Source: Lophium mytilinum (Eukaryota). From it: DNA of 64,000 nt. The stretch covers positions 496,001 to 560,000 of the forward strand of contig MU004195.1 in the NCBI GenBank assembly GCA_010093605.1, read 5' to 3'. Shown one piece after another: positions 12,110 through 25,177 of the stretch (position 1 is its first letter; every line of letters begins with the position of its first letter). The notes beneath the pieces are model-generated. The model had not been told where the DNA came from. It saw only the letters and a list, made by a program, of their open reading frames with translations, and searched no databases. Made by a program: the position numbers and the translations under genes.

Positions 12110-13848
12110 GTTGGCAATCTAGTCGTGTCTTCTAGTCTTTCGAGTAATTTTGAGAAAATTCAGAATCATGGATCAGGAGTTGGAGAACTCGGAACAGAAA
12201 CGGGATGGTTTTACTACTCGATCAGATGGCAAACAAAGGGAAAAGTTCTGACAAGGGATTTCGCAGACAAAAGAACAATAGGTTGGCCTTCCAGACAATC
12301 ACCTTCGTAGGACGAGATGGCTGGCTTTGTACATATTGCCCCACGAACGGGGTGCCACTTGCATTATCATACTGTATTGTATCAATGTGTAACGCATAGT
12401 TGAAGGACAGATGGTTAGAGCGGAGAAAGGTGCGAGAAATCTGCCTGGAACGTAAGGCTTAGTTGGACTGACGAACGTAAGCCCTAAAGATACTACGTCA
12501 TGTCGGTGAGCCAGAGATCAATAGCATAATGACCCCCGAGGTATACAGTGAGTTTCCTGGACTATTTGATACTGCTCAAAAGCGAAATGTGACGTAGCCT
12601 ATTATATGGTCGGGAGGGGCCCAAACCTCTCGAACTCGCACTATTTAGTTCAATCAACGCGAGGGTGCGTCCTGTGCAGCTTCGTCAAAGACTGATATTT
12701 TTGAACGTCGAAAGGAGACGACATAAAGTCCCCCGAAGGTAGTCCTGCTTTGAAAGCGAGGCTTACGACAGAGCTCGCCATCATTTAAACTTTCAGCAAT
12801 GATGTGCGCCGCCACTTGACGGTGAGCCAAAATTGCAAATTACTAACAGGTTTCCAAGCTGGAAACTCTAGTCGTTCATGATGGGCCAACGCTGGATCTG
12901 TATGATCTGGAGGTAGATCTAAATGCTGAAGAAGGCGAGGGATAAATCGTAAGCTCAATCACAACCTTTTGTGTAGCTTTAAGAACTGACTTTAGAGGGA
13001 AAGGTAAAGGGGCATGACGAAGTTTGAACACGAAAGTCCAACGCGGCGGGGTCAGGACTGGTCTTCACAGAGGCAGCAGCTCGATCTTTCGCATTCTACG
13101 AGTCGGCTTCGGTAAACGAGACGATAGAGAAGATCCCTCCCACAACATGCTGTAAGCATCTCTAGGTTGTGCATGGAAAGTGAAAATGACTGAAGAGGGA
13201 AAAGGGAGAAAATGAGAATCGGAGATGATTTCGGAGCTGCAGCGCCCGGAGAAGGTCGGCACAGTCTATGCCGAATCAAGTCTAGGTCAATCCCGCTCTC
13301 TCTCTTCCCCAACTCCAATTCTACCTCAACAAGGTTCATCAAGGCGTTTCGTCTCAACTCTCATGTATATGTCTTGCTACAGCCTTCAACGACTACCGCC
13401 GCTCTCGAGTTCTACCGGCCGACCGGCCAGTCCTCTCATTTCGGCACCGCTAGAACTATTGTTTCATGGCTGGTCGATGCCAACACTACTCAAAGATGAA
13501 ATTGAATGTCTTGCAACCTCGGAGTCTGGAGAGCCGCCACTTGACCGACAGAGATGATACGTCTGAATGATGATCTACGCTTGTCAAGACACGAGTCTCA
13601 AGCACAGATGCCGTTCCATCTCCACGGTGTCAGCACGGTCGCTGGGCTGCGTCTCTTGGTTTTCGAGTGAGTAGCTTTCGAAGCAGTGACCAGAGAGCTG
13701 GATGTCCCTGTGTCCGCACTGACCTACTAGCCATGAGTCTCGGTGTCGCGTGATGATTCTCCTCCAGAAACATCATGTATGAGATCAAGTTCCAAAAGAC
13801 TACGCACGGACAGCCACTTCATGAAACGGACAAAGCTACGATGAACCC

Positions 13849-15552
13849 ATGTATCAGCGTTATTTCAGCTACGATGATTTCAATAGCTTCTCGCGCTCGC
13901 TTCTCTATTCACCATTCCCAATTCTACGTGTAGTTTCTCAATCCATTCTTTTATCGGGCTACCTTAGCTTGTATATACCTCTCCTGTCAATTCCTTCCTC
14001 AACCGTTCTTGGGTCGGATCTACACGGAATGAGTATCTCAAATGAAGAATTTGGTGGTCCGGATGAAGTATCGAGAAGTATTATACACTTCTACATTTCG
14101 TGCTGGTGGCTGAAAAATGTGGATTTGGGCTGGGAACATCCCGTACTTAAAGAAATTCAACACTTCATGAGCCCGGAGGGTCGAGACCATTTGGGTCGGT
14201 TGTTCATCAAATTGACGGAATTAGGTGGACACGAATATTCGACTGGAGTGGTTCGCCGATTGAGAAGCGATATGACCAGAAAATCGTCGATCTGGGTAAA
14301 TCGGAGGGTCGACGAGATGGCACACGAAGTCGACAACATAGTTATGAACTTCAACATACCCATACCCTCTTCCGTAAATGTTACCGATTTCTCGGGGCGG
14401 CTCTCGACTTTATGGACTTATGAAAAGCTCTCAGCATGGCGTCTGGTGTTGGACTCAGGACTGATCAGCCTCTAAAGTCGAGACAGCTGCGCCGCACTGG
14501 AAAAAACAACGAGGATGCTTCAGATGCTCTCATTCATTCTGAAAGAAGTGTTCAAGTCGCAAGAACGGATCAGAACCAAAACTCTGATTGACAAGTTGGA
14601 AGATTACACCAACCAACAGATCGCTCGAGAGCTCAAGGAAACATCGCCGGTTGACAACACTGAATCTCCGAGGTAGTCACTTACGTCTAGATTCCGTTCG
14701 AGTTCCTTCATCTGATTTCTAAACCTGCTGACCCATTTTCAGGTCAGAGGCTACCCACGAGTACGAGTCGGTTCGTGTAGTTCTCCTCGGATGGCAACAG
14801 AGCGACATCAAGGATTTGTCTCGCGAGCTCTACTATCTCGAATACACCTTCGAGCATTTATACCGCTACGAGACATATCGCTATGACATGCACAATGACA
14901 ACCCGAACGTCAATTTGGTCAACTTCCTGGGAACGAACGGATTTCTACCAAAATCGGGCTATACCGTACCGAAGCCCGAAGAGAAACAGCTGGTCATTGT
15001 GGTATACGGAGGGCATAGCGATCATAATAATGAATTCGCGCCGTAAGTATTTTCCCGCTTTCTGCAATCTTACCATCCCACCCATTAATCTGGCACAGGT
15101 ATCGGCACGGCAACTCGGCCCTCTTGAGATGGAAACCCGTCCAAATGAGGCTCATGCAGCAGCACTATGATCTACTGGTCATAGTAGACACTTGCCATGC
15201 TGGTCAACCCATTCGTTCAAGTGCTTCTTCGAAAAATATGGTCTTGGCCGCGTGTGCAGCTGAGGAATCGGCTTTCGAGACTGGTGAATTTGGATACTCT
15301 TTCTCAAAGATCCTCAACGACGAGCTCCGCGCGCATGCCGAACAGGGTCTACCAGTTTCCATCCGCGCTCTTGTCCACGATCGGCTACTGCCAATGTGGC
15401 AGCATGGCCAAGATTGCGCGTTGCAGCACTCCATCAGGCCAAATGCGCACACATGCCTGGAAACGATATTGCAGTCGACTCCGAGTTGCTCCGCGATACC
15501 AGCAGACGATCTATCCATCGATATTGTACTTGCGCCCTTGCCGAAATTCTGA
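13849..15552 (+). pseudogene. Protein with C-terminal caspase-like (C14-type fold) domain; one premature stop
   Basis: The reading frame continues past TAA at 14473; introns 14673-14742 and ~15043-15098. Motifs YESVRVVLLGW, LVIVVYGGHS (His), DLLVIVDTCHAG (Cys), MVLAAC, SFSKIL..EL. The true start is uncertain. Confidence 0.65.
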
Positions 15553-15824
15553 CATAACCAGGTTCTTCTGTATTCTCTATTGCAAAGATGAATCGGTCTT
15601 AATCAGCGACTCATCCAAATTCATCGCAAAAAGTGGCACATAACATTAAACACACTGGTATGCCCGCTTGGCTTCAAAGCTGATCACTATTTGCAACATT
15701 CAACATTCGAGACTCCCCGGACTAGCACGATTCTCGCGCATATACACACCACCGACAACCATTTCTCAACCATCACACGCACGCATGCTTGCTCCACCTC
15801 ATCCACCTTCACACACAGCCCACT

Positions 15825-18058
15825 TTATTTCGAATCATCCTCCGCATAACCCCTCCTCTGCACCGCCCTCCCCACAACATCATGCTCCGCATCCCACGCC
15901 GCCAGCTCCGCATTCGGCACCTTCACCAGCTGATGCGTCGTCGCCCCAGAGTCATCCAACACCAACACCGTTTGCCTAATCTCATACTTCCCCCACTTTG
16001 GCAATAGAGTGATCCAAATATAGTAGTATATTCCACAGAAAATGATACTGTCACCACCGTTAGCAGTCGCTCGCAGTTTCCAATCCCATAACCTTCTTGA
16101 GGTCGGGGCTTGGGTGGGGGTAACACGTACATTCCAATCCCAACCACACAATACGTGGCATACCAGAAGCTCACGTCGCCGCCGGTCGCGCCGCCCGCCG
16201 GCGGGTACCACGGCATTATGACGGCGTACAGGTTGGCGGCGATGCAGAAGTAGACGGCGACGTTCCAGGCGCGGAATTCGGCGGTGGGGAGGCCGACGCG
16301 CTTGCGGCGCCAGCGGTAGACGAGCAGGCCGAGGGCGAGGGTGAATTGGAAGAAGGAGGTGGGGTAGATTGCGAGGTCGATGACTGCGGGATGGGTCAGT
16401 CATGAAGAGGGGTGAGGGAACGAGATGGGGACGAACCGAAGTTGAACGCATCACCAGCCGGCGGCGCGATGATCATCAAGATCGTGAGCGCCCATTTCAG
16501 GAAGTAGGGGCCCAGTGGTGTGCCGAAGGGTCTTGTGGAGGTCCAGAATTTCGTGAAGGGGAGGACGCCTTGTCTACTAGGAGTCAGCATGCTTCAACCT
16601 CTCACTTCTACCGCGCACATGGGAAAGGGCACAACTCACCTCCCACATTCCCTGATAACCCGACTCTGTCCAACCAACACAGCCAGCAAGTTCCCAAACG
16701 CACTCATCATGATCAAGAAATTAAGCGCCTTCGCCGCTCCGCTAGTGCCAAAAACATTCTCGAAAAACACGCTTGCGGCGACGGCCTTGGATTTGAGGAT
16801 CTCTTCTTTCGAGGCGGCAGAGAAGTAGGCGATGTTTGCTAGCATGTAGAGAATCGTTGCCGTTATAAGTGAAAGGGGGGCGGACCATTTCAACGTCTTG
16901 ATAGGATTCTAAGGAGGGTGAGCGGAGGGGTTTGGGACGAGAAGAGGATGCAAGGGAAAGTGGGAAAAACAAACCTTGACTTCGTTGACGAGGTTGAAAG
17001 CGTTGTCGTACCCGGCGTAAGCGAAGATGACCTTGTAGATGGCGTTCGTGGCGCCGTAGGCTGTTGCGTCAGAGGAGCCTTCGAAGGCGTTGCGGAAGTT
17101 GGCCGTGGGGTCTTTGACTTTGGTGTGGCCGCCGAGGACGACTAGGCCGGTGATGCCAATGCTGACGATGGTTAGATGGGAAACAGCAAACCAAATCTTT
17201 CGGGGAGATTTACAAGATTAGAGTCAGGAGCTTGATGATTCCGATAGCGTTGGAAAGCCTGAGAGACCAGCGGGTGTTGAAGAGGAGAACTGTATTTCAC
17301 AGGTTTAATTCCATTCAATGCCTAGAGAGATTTTGGGGTAGACTTTGGGGTACTTACACAAAACGGCAACCGTGTACCCAGCAACGGCAACGCCTTTCTG
17401 CTCCCACGGACTCGGCGTGTGCCCAGCTAACTTGAATAGGTACTGTGCCAGCACTATGGCCCATGATTAGCTGCAGAACATACACTAGAGCCAAATGGCT
17501 TACCAATAGCATTACTGCTACTAAAAGAAAGGATGACAGTTTGCACCGCAAACACGGTCGGGAAGAAATATTTCGGGCGCGGATACGCCTGCTCAAGATA
17601 CGCGACCTCGGCCCCCGATCGGCTGGGGAAATACGACGCGAATTCCAGATACACACTGAGCGAGCTTGCTGCGATCAGGAATCCGATTACCCAGAAGAAT
17701 AGGGCAAGGCCGACGGAGCCGGTTCCTCGTAAGATGGTAGATGCTATGATCTCTTAGTTCAGTGAGCTGGCATACCGCGGCGAGGACGCAACTTACGCGT
17801 AGAGAAGATACCCGTCCCGATGATCTTGCTCAGATTCAAGAACAGAATGGTAACCCATCCAACGGTGTATCCGAGTGGCGACTTGACTTCAACCGGAGCG
17901 CCGCTAGCTTCCTGGTACGTAGGCAATGAGGTGTTCCCGCCCTCCTCGACGGTATACTTGAGGTTGCCATCACCAACGACTGCAGTGGTGTCGTACGCGC
18001 CATCATTGACTTGCCTTTGGGACTCGGCCGCATTCTTCTCGTAGTCGAATTGAGACAT
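15825..18058 (-). CDS. MUP1: High-affinity methionine permease-like APC amino-acid transporter (multi-exon)
   Basis: PTYQEASGAPVEVKSPLGY, IIGTGIFST, YLEFASYFPSRSGAEVAYLEQAYPRPKY, SAFGNLLAVLVGQSRVIRECGR, PPAGDAFNF, SFWYATYCVVG. Confidence 0.85.
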
Positions 18059-19135
18059 GGTAGACAGAGAGGCTGCTCGAAAGGAGCACGATGATCTTGT
18101 CTCGTCCTGGTTCTGGGGAAGAAACCAGCAGATGGGAGGACGGTTCAACTTGTACTCTCGTCATCCTGGTAGACATGCCAGATAAAGCGATAGGATCCCG
18201 TGGAGGCGATCATGTCGATGCTCATAGCTCTGGGTGCTCGCGTCATGAAGAAACAGGCGCTTGTGGCGAGGTTTTGTTGGTTATCGAAACCTCCACGCCG
18301 GCTCGCGTAGCACCGCAGAATCGCAGGGCCGAATCAAGTTCCGATGCCTCCGCGGCGTAACCTGGGGAGTGGTACAGAAGTGTTCCCGCACCGGCAGGGC
18401 TAGCAGAGACCCGTGAGACAGGTAATGGGCAAGTCGCAATTCCGTGGTTGAGGTAAATGTCTTACAAATGCGCCAGATTCTTCGAGCACTCCTCTATCTG
18501 GGACGTTCCTTAAATCCTTCGCGCTTTCCGCTGTGTTGGATATCCGATCATCGACATGGACGGCCGTGTGCGGCCATTTCTTCCCAGTGTAAGTGCGTAC
18601 ATGGAGGTACAAATGGCGCAACCTGTCAAATTTTCCTCGTGTTGTCGTGCTATGCCCAGCTAATCCGGCCGATAGCTCTTACCACCTGCTTCATTCGTGA
18701 AGGCATAGTTGTGGTGTTGGATACAGCTTTCATTGCATGCTTGCAGGGATTGATGAGGTTGGATGTCGAAATGTTGACGATCGTTCCTGGCGCGTGGGGG
18801 CATCCCCGCAAAAAGTCTTTATATACAGCGATCTCGACGGCACCTAAGTTCTTTAGCTTGTTCGCGTATGCGGAGCGCAAGAGTCTTCCTAGTTAGTATA
18901 TACGCTACCTTGGGGTGATTGTGAAACCACAAATTCCTTCGATGGCTAAAGCTTCAAGTAGGGTGGACTAGCACGTCATTCCGATGCTTTCCGTGCATAT
19001 AGTAGAACTGCCGTTAGCAATTGCGATAGCTTTTTTCCCGAAACATGATCAGTTCATTGCTACTCAAGCTTCCGTCTGTCAAGAGGCATCTCAAGCATTT
19101 TCATTGTATCCAAATCAATATTGATAATCAATATA

Positions 19136-20464
19136 TCACTCGAAGAACTGATTCTTCGGACGCGGAAGTCCAAGATGTTCCCTCAAAGTCGTTCCCTCAT
19201 AGTCTTTCCGGAAGATACCACGGCGCTGTAACTCCGGTATGAGCCGTTCAGCAACGTCGTCCAACCCTTGGGGCAGGAACGGGAAGACAACGGTGAACCC
19301 ATCGGCCGCGTCCTCGGCTAGCCACTTCCCAAACTCCTCAGCGACCGTTTCAGGCGTGCCTACGAAAGCAAGCCCCGAATAACCACCCAATCGTTGCGCG
19401 AGTTGCCGAACGGTCAGATTTTCTTTCTCAGCCAGCTGAATCACGCTAAGACGGCTGGTCTTGCTAGAGTTAGTCTCCGGAATCTCCGCTGGCAAAGGCT
19501 TGTCCGGATCGAACCCAGACGCATCACTACCGAGCGCGATAGACAGCGATGCAATAGCGCTGTCGTAGTGGACGAAGGTGTCAAGCTTGAGACGCTTATT
19601 CTTCGCGTCTTCGACGGTGTCACCGATGACGATGAGAGCCGCCGGGAGAATCTTCAGATGGTCGGGGTCGCGCCCAACGGCTTTCGTTCGCCCTTTGATA
19701 TCTGCGTACAACGCCTTTGCGGCGTCCAAGTCTCGTGGCGAGCAGAACACAACTTCGGCCGTTTCGGCGGCTAACTGTCTCCCAGGCTCCGATTGTCCAG
19801 CTTGAACAATGACGGGCCAGCCTTGAACCGGCCGCGCGATGTTGAGTGGGCCCTTCACCTTCAACTCATCGCCCTTGTGGTTAAGGACGTGTAGCTTCTC
19901 CGGGTCAAAATAGACGCCGCTTTCCCGGTCCCGGATGAAGGCGTCATCCGCAAAGCTGTCCCACAGGCCGGTGACAACGTCGTAAAATTCTCGCGCTCGC
20001 TTGTAGCGCTCGCTGTGCTCTACGTGCTCGTCGAGACCGAAGTTCTTCGCGGACTCTGGGTTACCCGTTGTGACAATGTTCCATGCCGCACGACCATCGC
20101 TGAGATGATCAAGTGACGCGAAACGCCGTGCGATATGGTATGGCTCATCATAAGTCGTCGAAGCCGTTGCCGCTAGCCCAATCTTGTCTGTTACCTGCGA
20201 TAATGCCGAGAGCAGCGTGAACGGTTCGAAGGACGTCACAGTATGGCTTCGCTTCAGCGCTTCAACGGGCATGTTGAGCACCGCCAAATGGTCTGCCATG
20301 AAGAATGCATCGAATTTGGCCGCTTCTAGCTTTTGAATGAAGGATATGATGTGCTTGAGGTTGAAGTTGGCATCCGGGTACGAGCCTGGATACCGCCATG
20401 CGCCGGTATGTAAGCTGACTGGTCGCATAAACGCCGTGAGATGCAATTGCTTTGGTTCCGACAT
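19136..20464 (-). CDS. NtaA/DszA/SnaA-family FMNH2-dependent (luciferase-like) monooxygenase
   Basis: Intronless, 442 aa. HTGAWR, FDAFFMADHL, ARRFASLDHLSDGRAAWNIVT, QAGQSEPG, AETAEVVF, PELQRRGIFRKDYEGTTLREHLGLPRP. Confidence 0.92.
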   Translation of the reverse strand: MSEPKQLHLTAFMRPVSLHTGAWRYPGSYPDANFNLKHIISFIQKLEAAKFDAFFMADHLAVLNMPVEALKRSHTVTSFEPFTLLSALSQVTDKIGLAATASTTYDEPYHIARRFASLDHLSDGRAAWNIVTTGNPESAKNFGLDEHVEHSERYKRAREFYDVVTGLWDSFADDAFIRDRESGVYFDPEKLHVLNHKGDELKVKGPLNIARPVQGWPVIVQAGQSEPGRQLAAETAEVVFCSPRDLDAAKALYADIKGRTKAVGRDPDHLKILPAALIVIGDTVEDAKNKRLKLDTFVHYDSAIASLSIALGSDASGFDPDKPLPAEIPETNSSKTSRLSVIQLAEKENLTVRQLAQRLGGYSGLAFVGTPETVAEEFGKWLAEDAADGFTVVFPFLPQGLDDVAERLIPELQRRGIFRKDYEGTTLREHLGLPRPKNQFFE

Positions 20465-21369
20465 GGCGTTCCTGATCGCTCAAAACTCTTCAAAACCTAA
20501 TGGATGAAATAGATTAGACAAAAGCAGGTCGGATTTGTTCGAAACTTAACTTCCGTGAGATGAGTTGATATAGATGATGAGATATAAATGTCTGTATAGT
20601 GATAATTACAAATGCGATGGAGTTCGGGAGCTCCAGCGGGGTTCGGCGGATGATGTGCGATCACGACATTGATAGCTGTATTAGTGATCTTATTGGACCG
20701 AAGCTACCGTATGGAAGAGCAGTGGAACGGCGTGATATAGAACTCAAGCGATGTCCTCGAAGAATTTGATTCATGATAAGATAGAGTGAGGGAACAAGAG
20801 CGCTGGCATTGAATGAGGTCTGTCGTCTCCTCGCGCTTAGTAAGTCTTCACGTGACCCGCCTGAGCAGTGTAATACTTCGCATGTTCACTTCCTTCGGAG
20901 TAAGTTGAAGATGAAACAAGAGGAGCAAAACATTGAAGCCGCTTCAATTACTTCGTTGTTCAAGCTTGTAGAGACTTGCACGTGATCAGATACCTTATAT
21001 GGAAGAATCTATAAAGTTTGACACTGGCACATTCCAAAAATACCCAAGATCAGAGTTAATTACCTCTCGAGTAGTCATGCTTCTCAACATAGTAGATAAG
21101 ATCGAATCGACTATACCCGCTCGTAGGTTTCATGGTTACCTTTGTGGTTAAGCCTAGGGACATCCCCCCAACTTCGTGTAATCGAATCCACCGTGTTCAA
21201 ACTCTCGCCGCACCTAAAGTTATCGTGAACATTGCGAGAAGAAAAGCGTTCTTTAGGATGGATACTAGTTCAGAGCTTCCCAAGCCCCCTCGCCACAAGA
21301 CGTGACGCTACTTTGCATTCAGTCATCACAACCAACTTCAATACTGTCATTTGTGCCATCGCTGCCATT

Positions 21370-24300
21370 TCAGTCATTGTCCTTTCCTCCGTCAAACGCA
21401 TCGCTACACTCCTGTTCAAAACTATCGCACCAATGACAGTGGCGCGACACTCCGATATCTTCCACGTTCTCCTCGTTCTTCGGTATTGCTTGCGCATCCG
21501 GCCTCAACAAATCAAACTCGTCGCCAAGAAATCTTACAAGTCTCTTAGGCAGTACATCTAGAAGGCGCTAGTCAGTAAGATTTCAGAAATCCTCGGTCTT
21601 TGTGGAACCTACATGTCTTTACATCGCTCAACACCTCCTCCGTCTCATGCAAGATTACAGAGTTGACAACGAAGAGCTCGGAGATCCGCCGTCGCCAGTA
21701 ACCCCAAATAAAGATTTCGAGGGCTTTGGGCGATGGTTCTAGCGTCTTCATTTGCCCAATGAACTCTTCCATCAGTTCGTTCAACTGGTGGGCATTTTTT
21801 CGCTCTTGGTCGTCAGATCTGATCCTTCGGATTATACTTCGATGACGATTTGCTATTACATAAGGCGCTTTGGAGTACTCAGACGGATCCTCCTTCCAGT
21901 CGGAGTATGTATAAATACGCTTTCTGTCGAGACTGACTTTCTTGAGACTACAACAAGTATGTGTCATTTCGAGGGCTTCGAAAGTAAGAAGCCGCACAAG
22001 CTCGAGGGGCAGATTGACCAGCTCGCTGTCTTCTACGCCGGCAATATCGAACTCATAGTGGAAGATGATGTGCCGCAAAAAGTCCCCTGTGCGCTCCGCT
22101 TTTAGGGATCTCGTCACTCCGTGGCGGTCGGCATGCGCATTCCAGAGTGATTTGAGGGGCGAACAGCCTTTTCCTTCAGGGTTACACCAACAAGAGCAAT
22201 TGTCTCTAACAGTAACCAGGGATAGTTCCCGAACTATCTTCCAAGGCAGTAGATACTGCTGTATTATCTTCCCTGGTGGTGAATCTTCTAGGTCTCGGTA
22301 TGTCCCCCAGTTCTCATAGTCTTCCCCTGACATGGCGGCAATGTAATGCCAGCCAGTAGCGTGGACGTTGAGACCCATCCTCCATGGATCCTCTGGCGTT
22401 TGATCGAGCAACCCTTGTTCGTGTAGCCATAGCAGCATTGCAACAATTTGCTCTGCGTCTGTTTTAAAGATGTCAATTAGGAAGAACTGGGTTCGCCAGA
22501 CCATGATCGGGGTCAGTCCCATGTCGTCGTGCGACTTGAAGTCTCGAAACCCTTCCTCAAAAAATATGCGGAAGTGATGGATCGGGATTACAGGATAGTG
22601 GTACATCGTTGCGTGTCGAGGTCCTACCCTGAGAGATGGAGGGATGAAGATACCGGCCTCATCTAGAGCTTTACAGAGATATGCTGCAGCACCATCAGGT
22701 ACGTGGGACGAGCTCGTGTGTTGCAAACTTCCAAGCTCTCGCTGGGCTAGTTCGAGTAGCCTTCGCCTTCTATCAGCTAGATTAGAAACAATAGCAGTAG
22801 CACATTCGCGTGTTGCTTTTTCAAAGGGTAGCTGGTTCTCCCAGTTGAATGCAAATGTGCATCCTGCCTTCATGAGGAGATCCACCGATTCCGCACAATC
22901 TTGCCCAATAGCCAGGACAACAGGCAGCATAAGCTGATAATCGGAATAATCGGAATCAATCAGACTCTTGGCGTCCGTCGTGAGGAGCATCTGCAAGCCT
23001 TGTGGCCAGCTAGCACATAGCTGCAGGGTCGTGAAGCCCTCAAACTTTTCCATGGGAGCTTCGGGGTCGCGTGAAATGTGATGATTGAGATCCACAAGAG
23101 ATCGTGATAAGATTGCACGAGCCATTGGGGAAACGTCCAATTCTGAAGATAGTTTTGATTAGTAGAGGCCTTGCAATATGCCTAGAGATGCAAAAATCGT
23201 TGCACGTATACGTACTTTCCACAACTAGCAGGCGGCTCAAAGAAGGGATAGCATCAAAACGTGTAACCCATTCGAATAGGTCATTCAAATCGAACTCGAA
23301 TACATCAGCAAGATACGAGGTCATCATTCTCTTATTTAACCACTGGTCTTGGACTACGTTGCCTTGACTCAAATCGAGAACTAAACGGCCAAGTGCACTG
23401 AGTATGCTTTCAGTAGATGGTAAGCTCACTATGATATTGAGACTTACACCTTTTCTTCTTCGCCTTGTACAATATTCACTATGGTTTGAAGTATCTGCAA
23501 CACTGCTGCCATTACCGAATGGTGGGATGAGATTACCTCCAATGTATTCCTCCACAGTATCGTGTCGACGAACATCTGCTTCACTGTCAGAATAGCACGA
23601 AAAATGCTAGGACTAATGTGAAGTCACCATTGCGTGACTTCTCCCCTCTTCATCTCGATCACTGGGGGACGCTCTCCCATCTCGGTACATGGAGAGCACT
23701 GCACGCTCACATGATTCAATTTGCGAAATTATATCCTCATAGGCCTTACTGTGTTGCTCGGAATCATAAAGAAATAACAGGTTAACAAATTCGTCATAAA
23801 TTGGACTGTCACACTTTCGCACGACGTTCTTCAAGCGTACCGAAATCCCAAGATCACTGGAGCCATTAGTATAAGCCATGCAGACGTAAGTAATCCTGGT
23901 GAAGAACCGAGCCATTTTGATCGGAATCTGTGCATTGATATTCCGCTGGCTCTTCGAATCTATGCCAAAAAACTTGCAACCTCGATGGTGTTTTGACGGT
24001 TGCTGGTAGTCATAGTGAAATTTCATGCCCCAGAAAGAGTACGAGTACGTGACCGGGCGGCTCTCGGATGGACAGGCGCACATTGGCGGCTTGGGTGTGG
24101 GACAAGCCCTCACGGCCCCTGTTGATGCCGTGTCTTTCGACAATGTAAATTCAGGCCTTTGTTCGAATGAAGAACCCCTCGAGCCAGGTTGTTGTAGATT
24201 GCTACTATCAGGACACTGCGGTCTCATGTGATAGCGTTCCAAGTTTTCCTCGTTTTGCTTCATGATCTCGTACATCTGGTTAGTCTACAATAACAGAGTC

Positions 24301-25177
24301 AGCCCAAAAGATCCTCGCGAAGAGCGATGTGTCGAAAATTGTGATCGTTGGGCACTTACCTTCTCCATCACTTCCATAAGTCTATCAGCCATCACCGAAC
24401 TCGTCGAAGCGATCGATGTCACGTCAGTGTGCATCAAAGTAAATCTCCCGCTCATGTTTTGACCAAGATCCCAGACTCTCCACTCTGTGCGCAACACTCC
24501 ACTCTCAATCGTAGCGAGACTATCAGTGACATTACGTTGCAGCGATTGAAGTTGGTCGGCATTCTCCTGTATCTTTGTGTGCAAGTCCCTCACTGAAGCG
24601 CTTTGGAGGTGTGAGCTAGCCTCGAGGCCTTCGATGTGGGTTCTGATAGTAAGAGTCTCATCAAAGTGCGTTACGCCAAATTTACTAACCGGAGAATGTT
24701 AGTTATGGACGAATTAAAGGGGGGGTATTACTCGTACAGCGTTGCGACTTCTATCGCCGACTTCAAGTTATCAAGTAGATTTTGCAACGTCTGTCGAAGT
24801 AAATCCAGTTTCCCTTCTTGAAATGGATGAATGAGTATCCGACCAGCCTCTTTCACCTTTTGTTTGGTGCTTGTCCGGCTCTCAGGGCCCCTCCATTTGA
24901 TCAACAATTGTTGGAGTTCCAGGAGTTTCTCCTCGCTGTCTCCGAGACATGTTCGGATGGTGGCGGATTCAGCGGTTCCCCTTCGCTCGATTTCGGGCAG
25001 GATGTCGTTCAAAGAGTAAAAGATTGACACCAGTCTCTGAACTTCCTTGAGATCATCCGCTATCCTCTGACGTCTCCCCTCGATCGAACGCAAATACCAG
25101 ACAAGACTTTGGCAGACCTGTATGCCTAGGGACGCAATGCCAGCGGCGCTACCCGCTACGGAGAGGGGATCTGACAT
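21370..25177 (-). CDS. Fungal HeLo-like/SesA-type N-terminal domain protein with ankyrin-like central region (7 exons)
   Basis: N-terminus MSDPLSVAGSAAGIASLGIQVCQSL; coiled-coil region; ankyrin-like segments (GFTTLQLCASWPQGLQMLL, GLTPIM); DNCSCWCNPEGKGCSPL and RLLTFEALEMTHTCC motifs. The ORF pieces splice in frame through canonical introns. Confidence 0.75.

Noticed and set aside
23040..23555. Apparent frameshift between overlapping minus-strand ORFs
   Set aside because: Explained by a canonical intron (GTACGT...CTAAT...CAG) that restores the frame.
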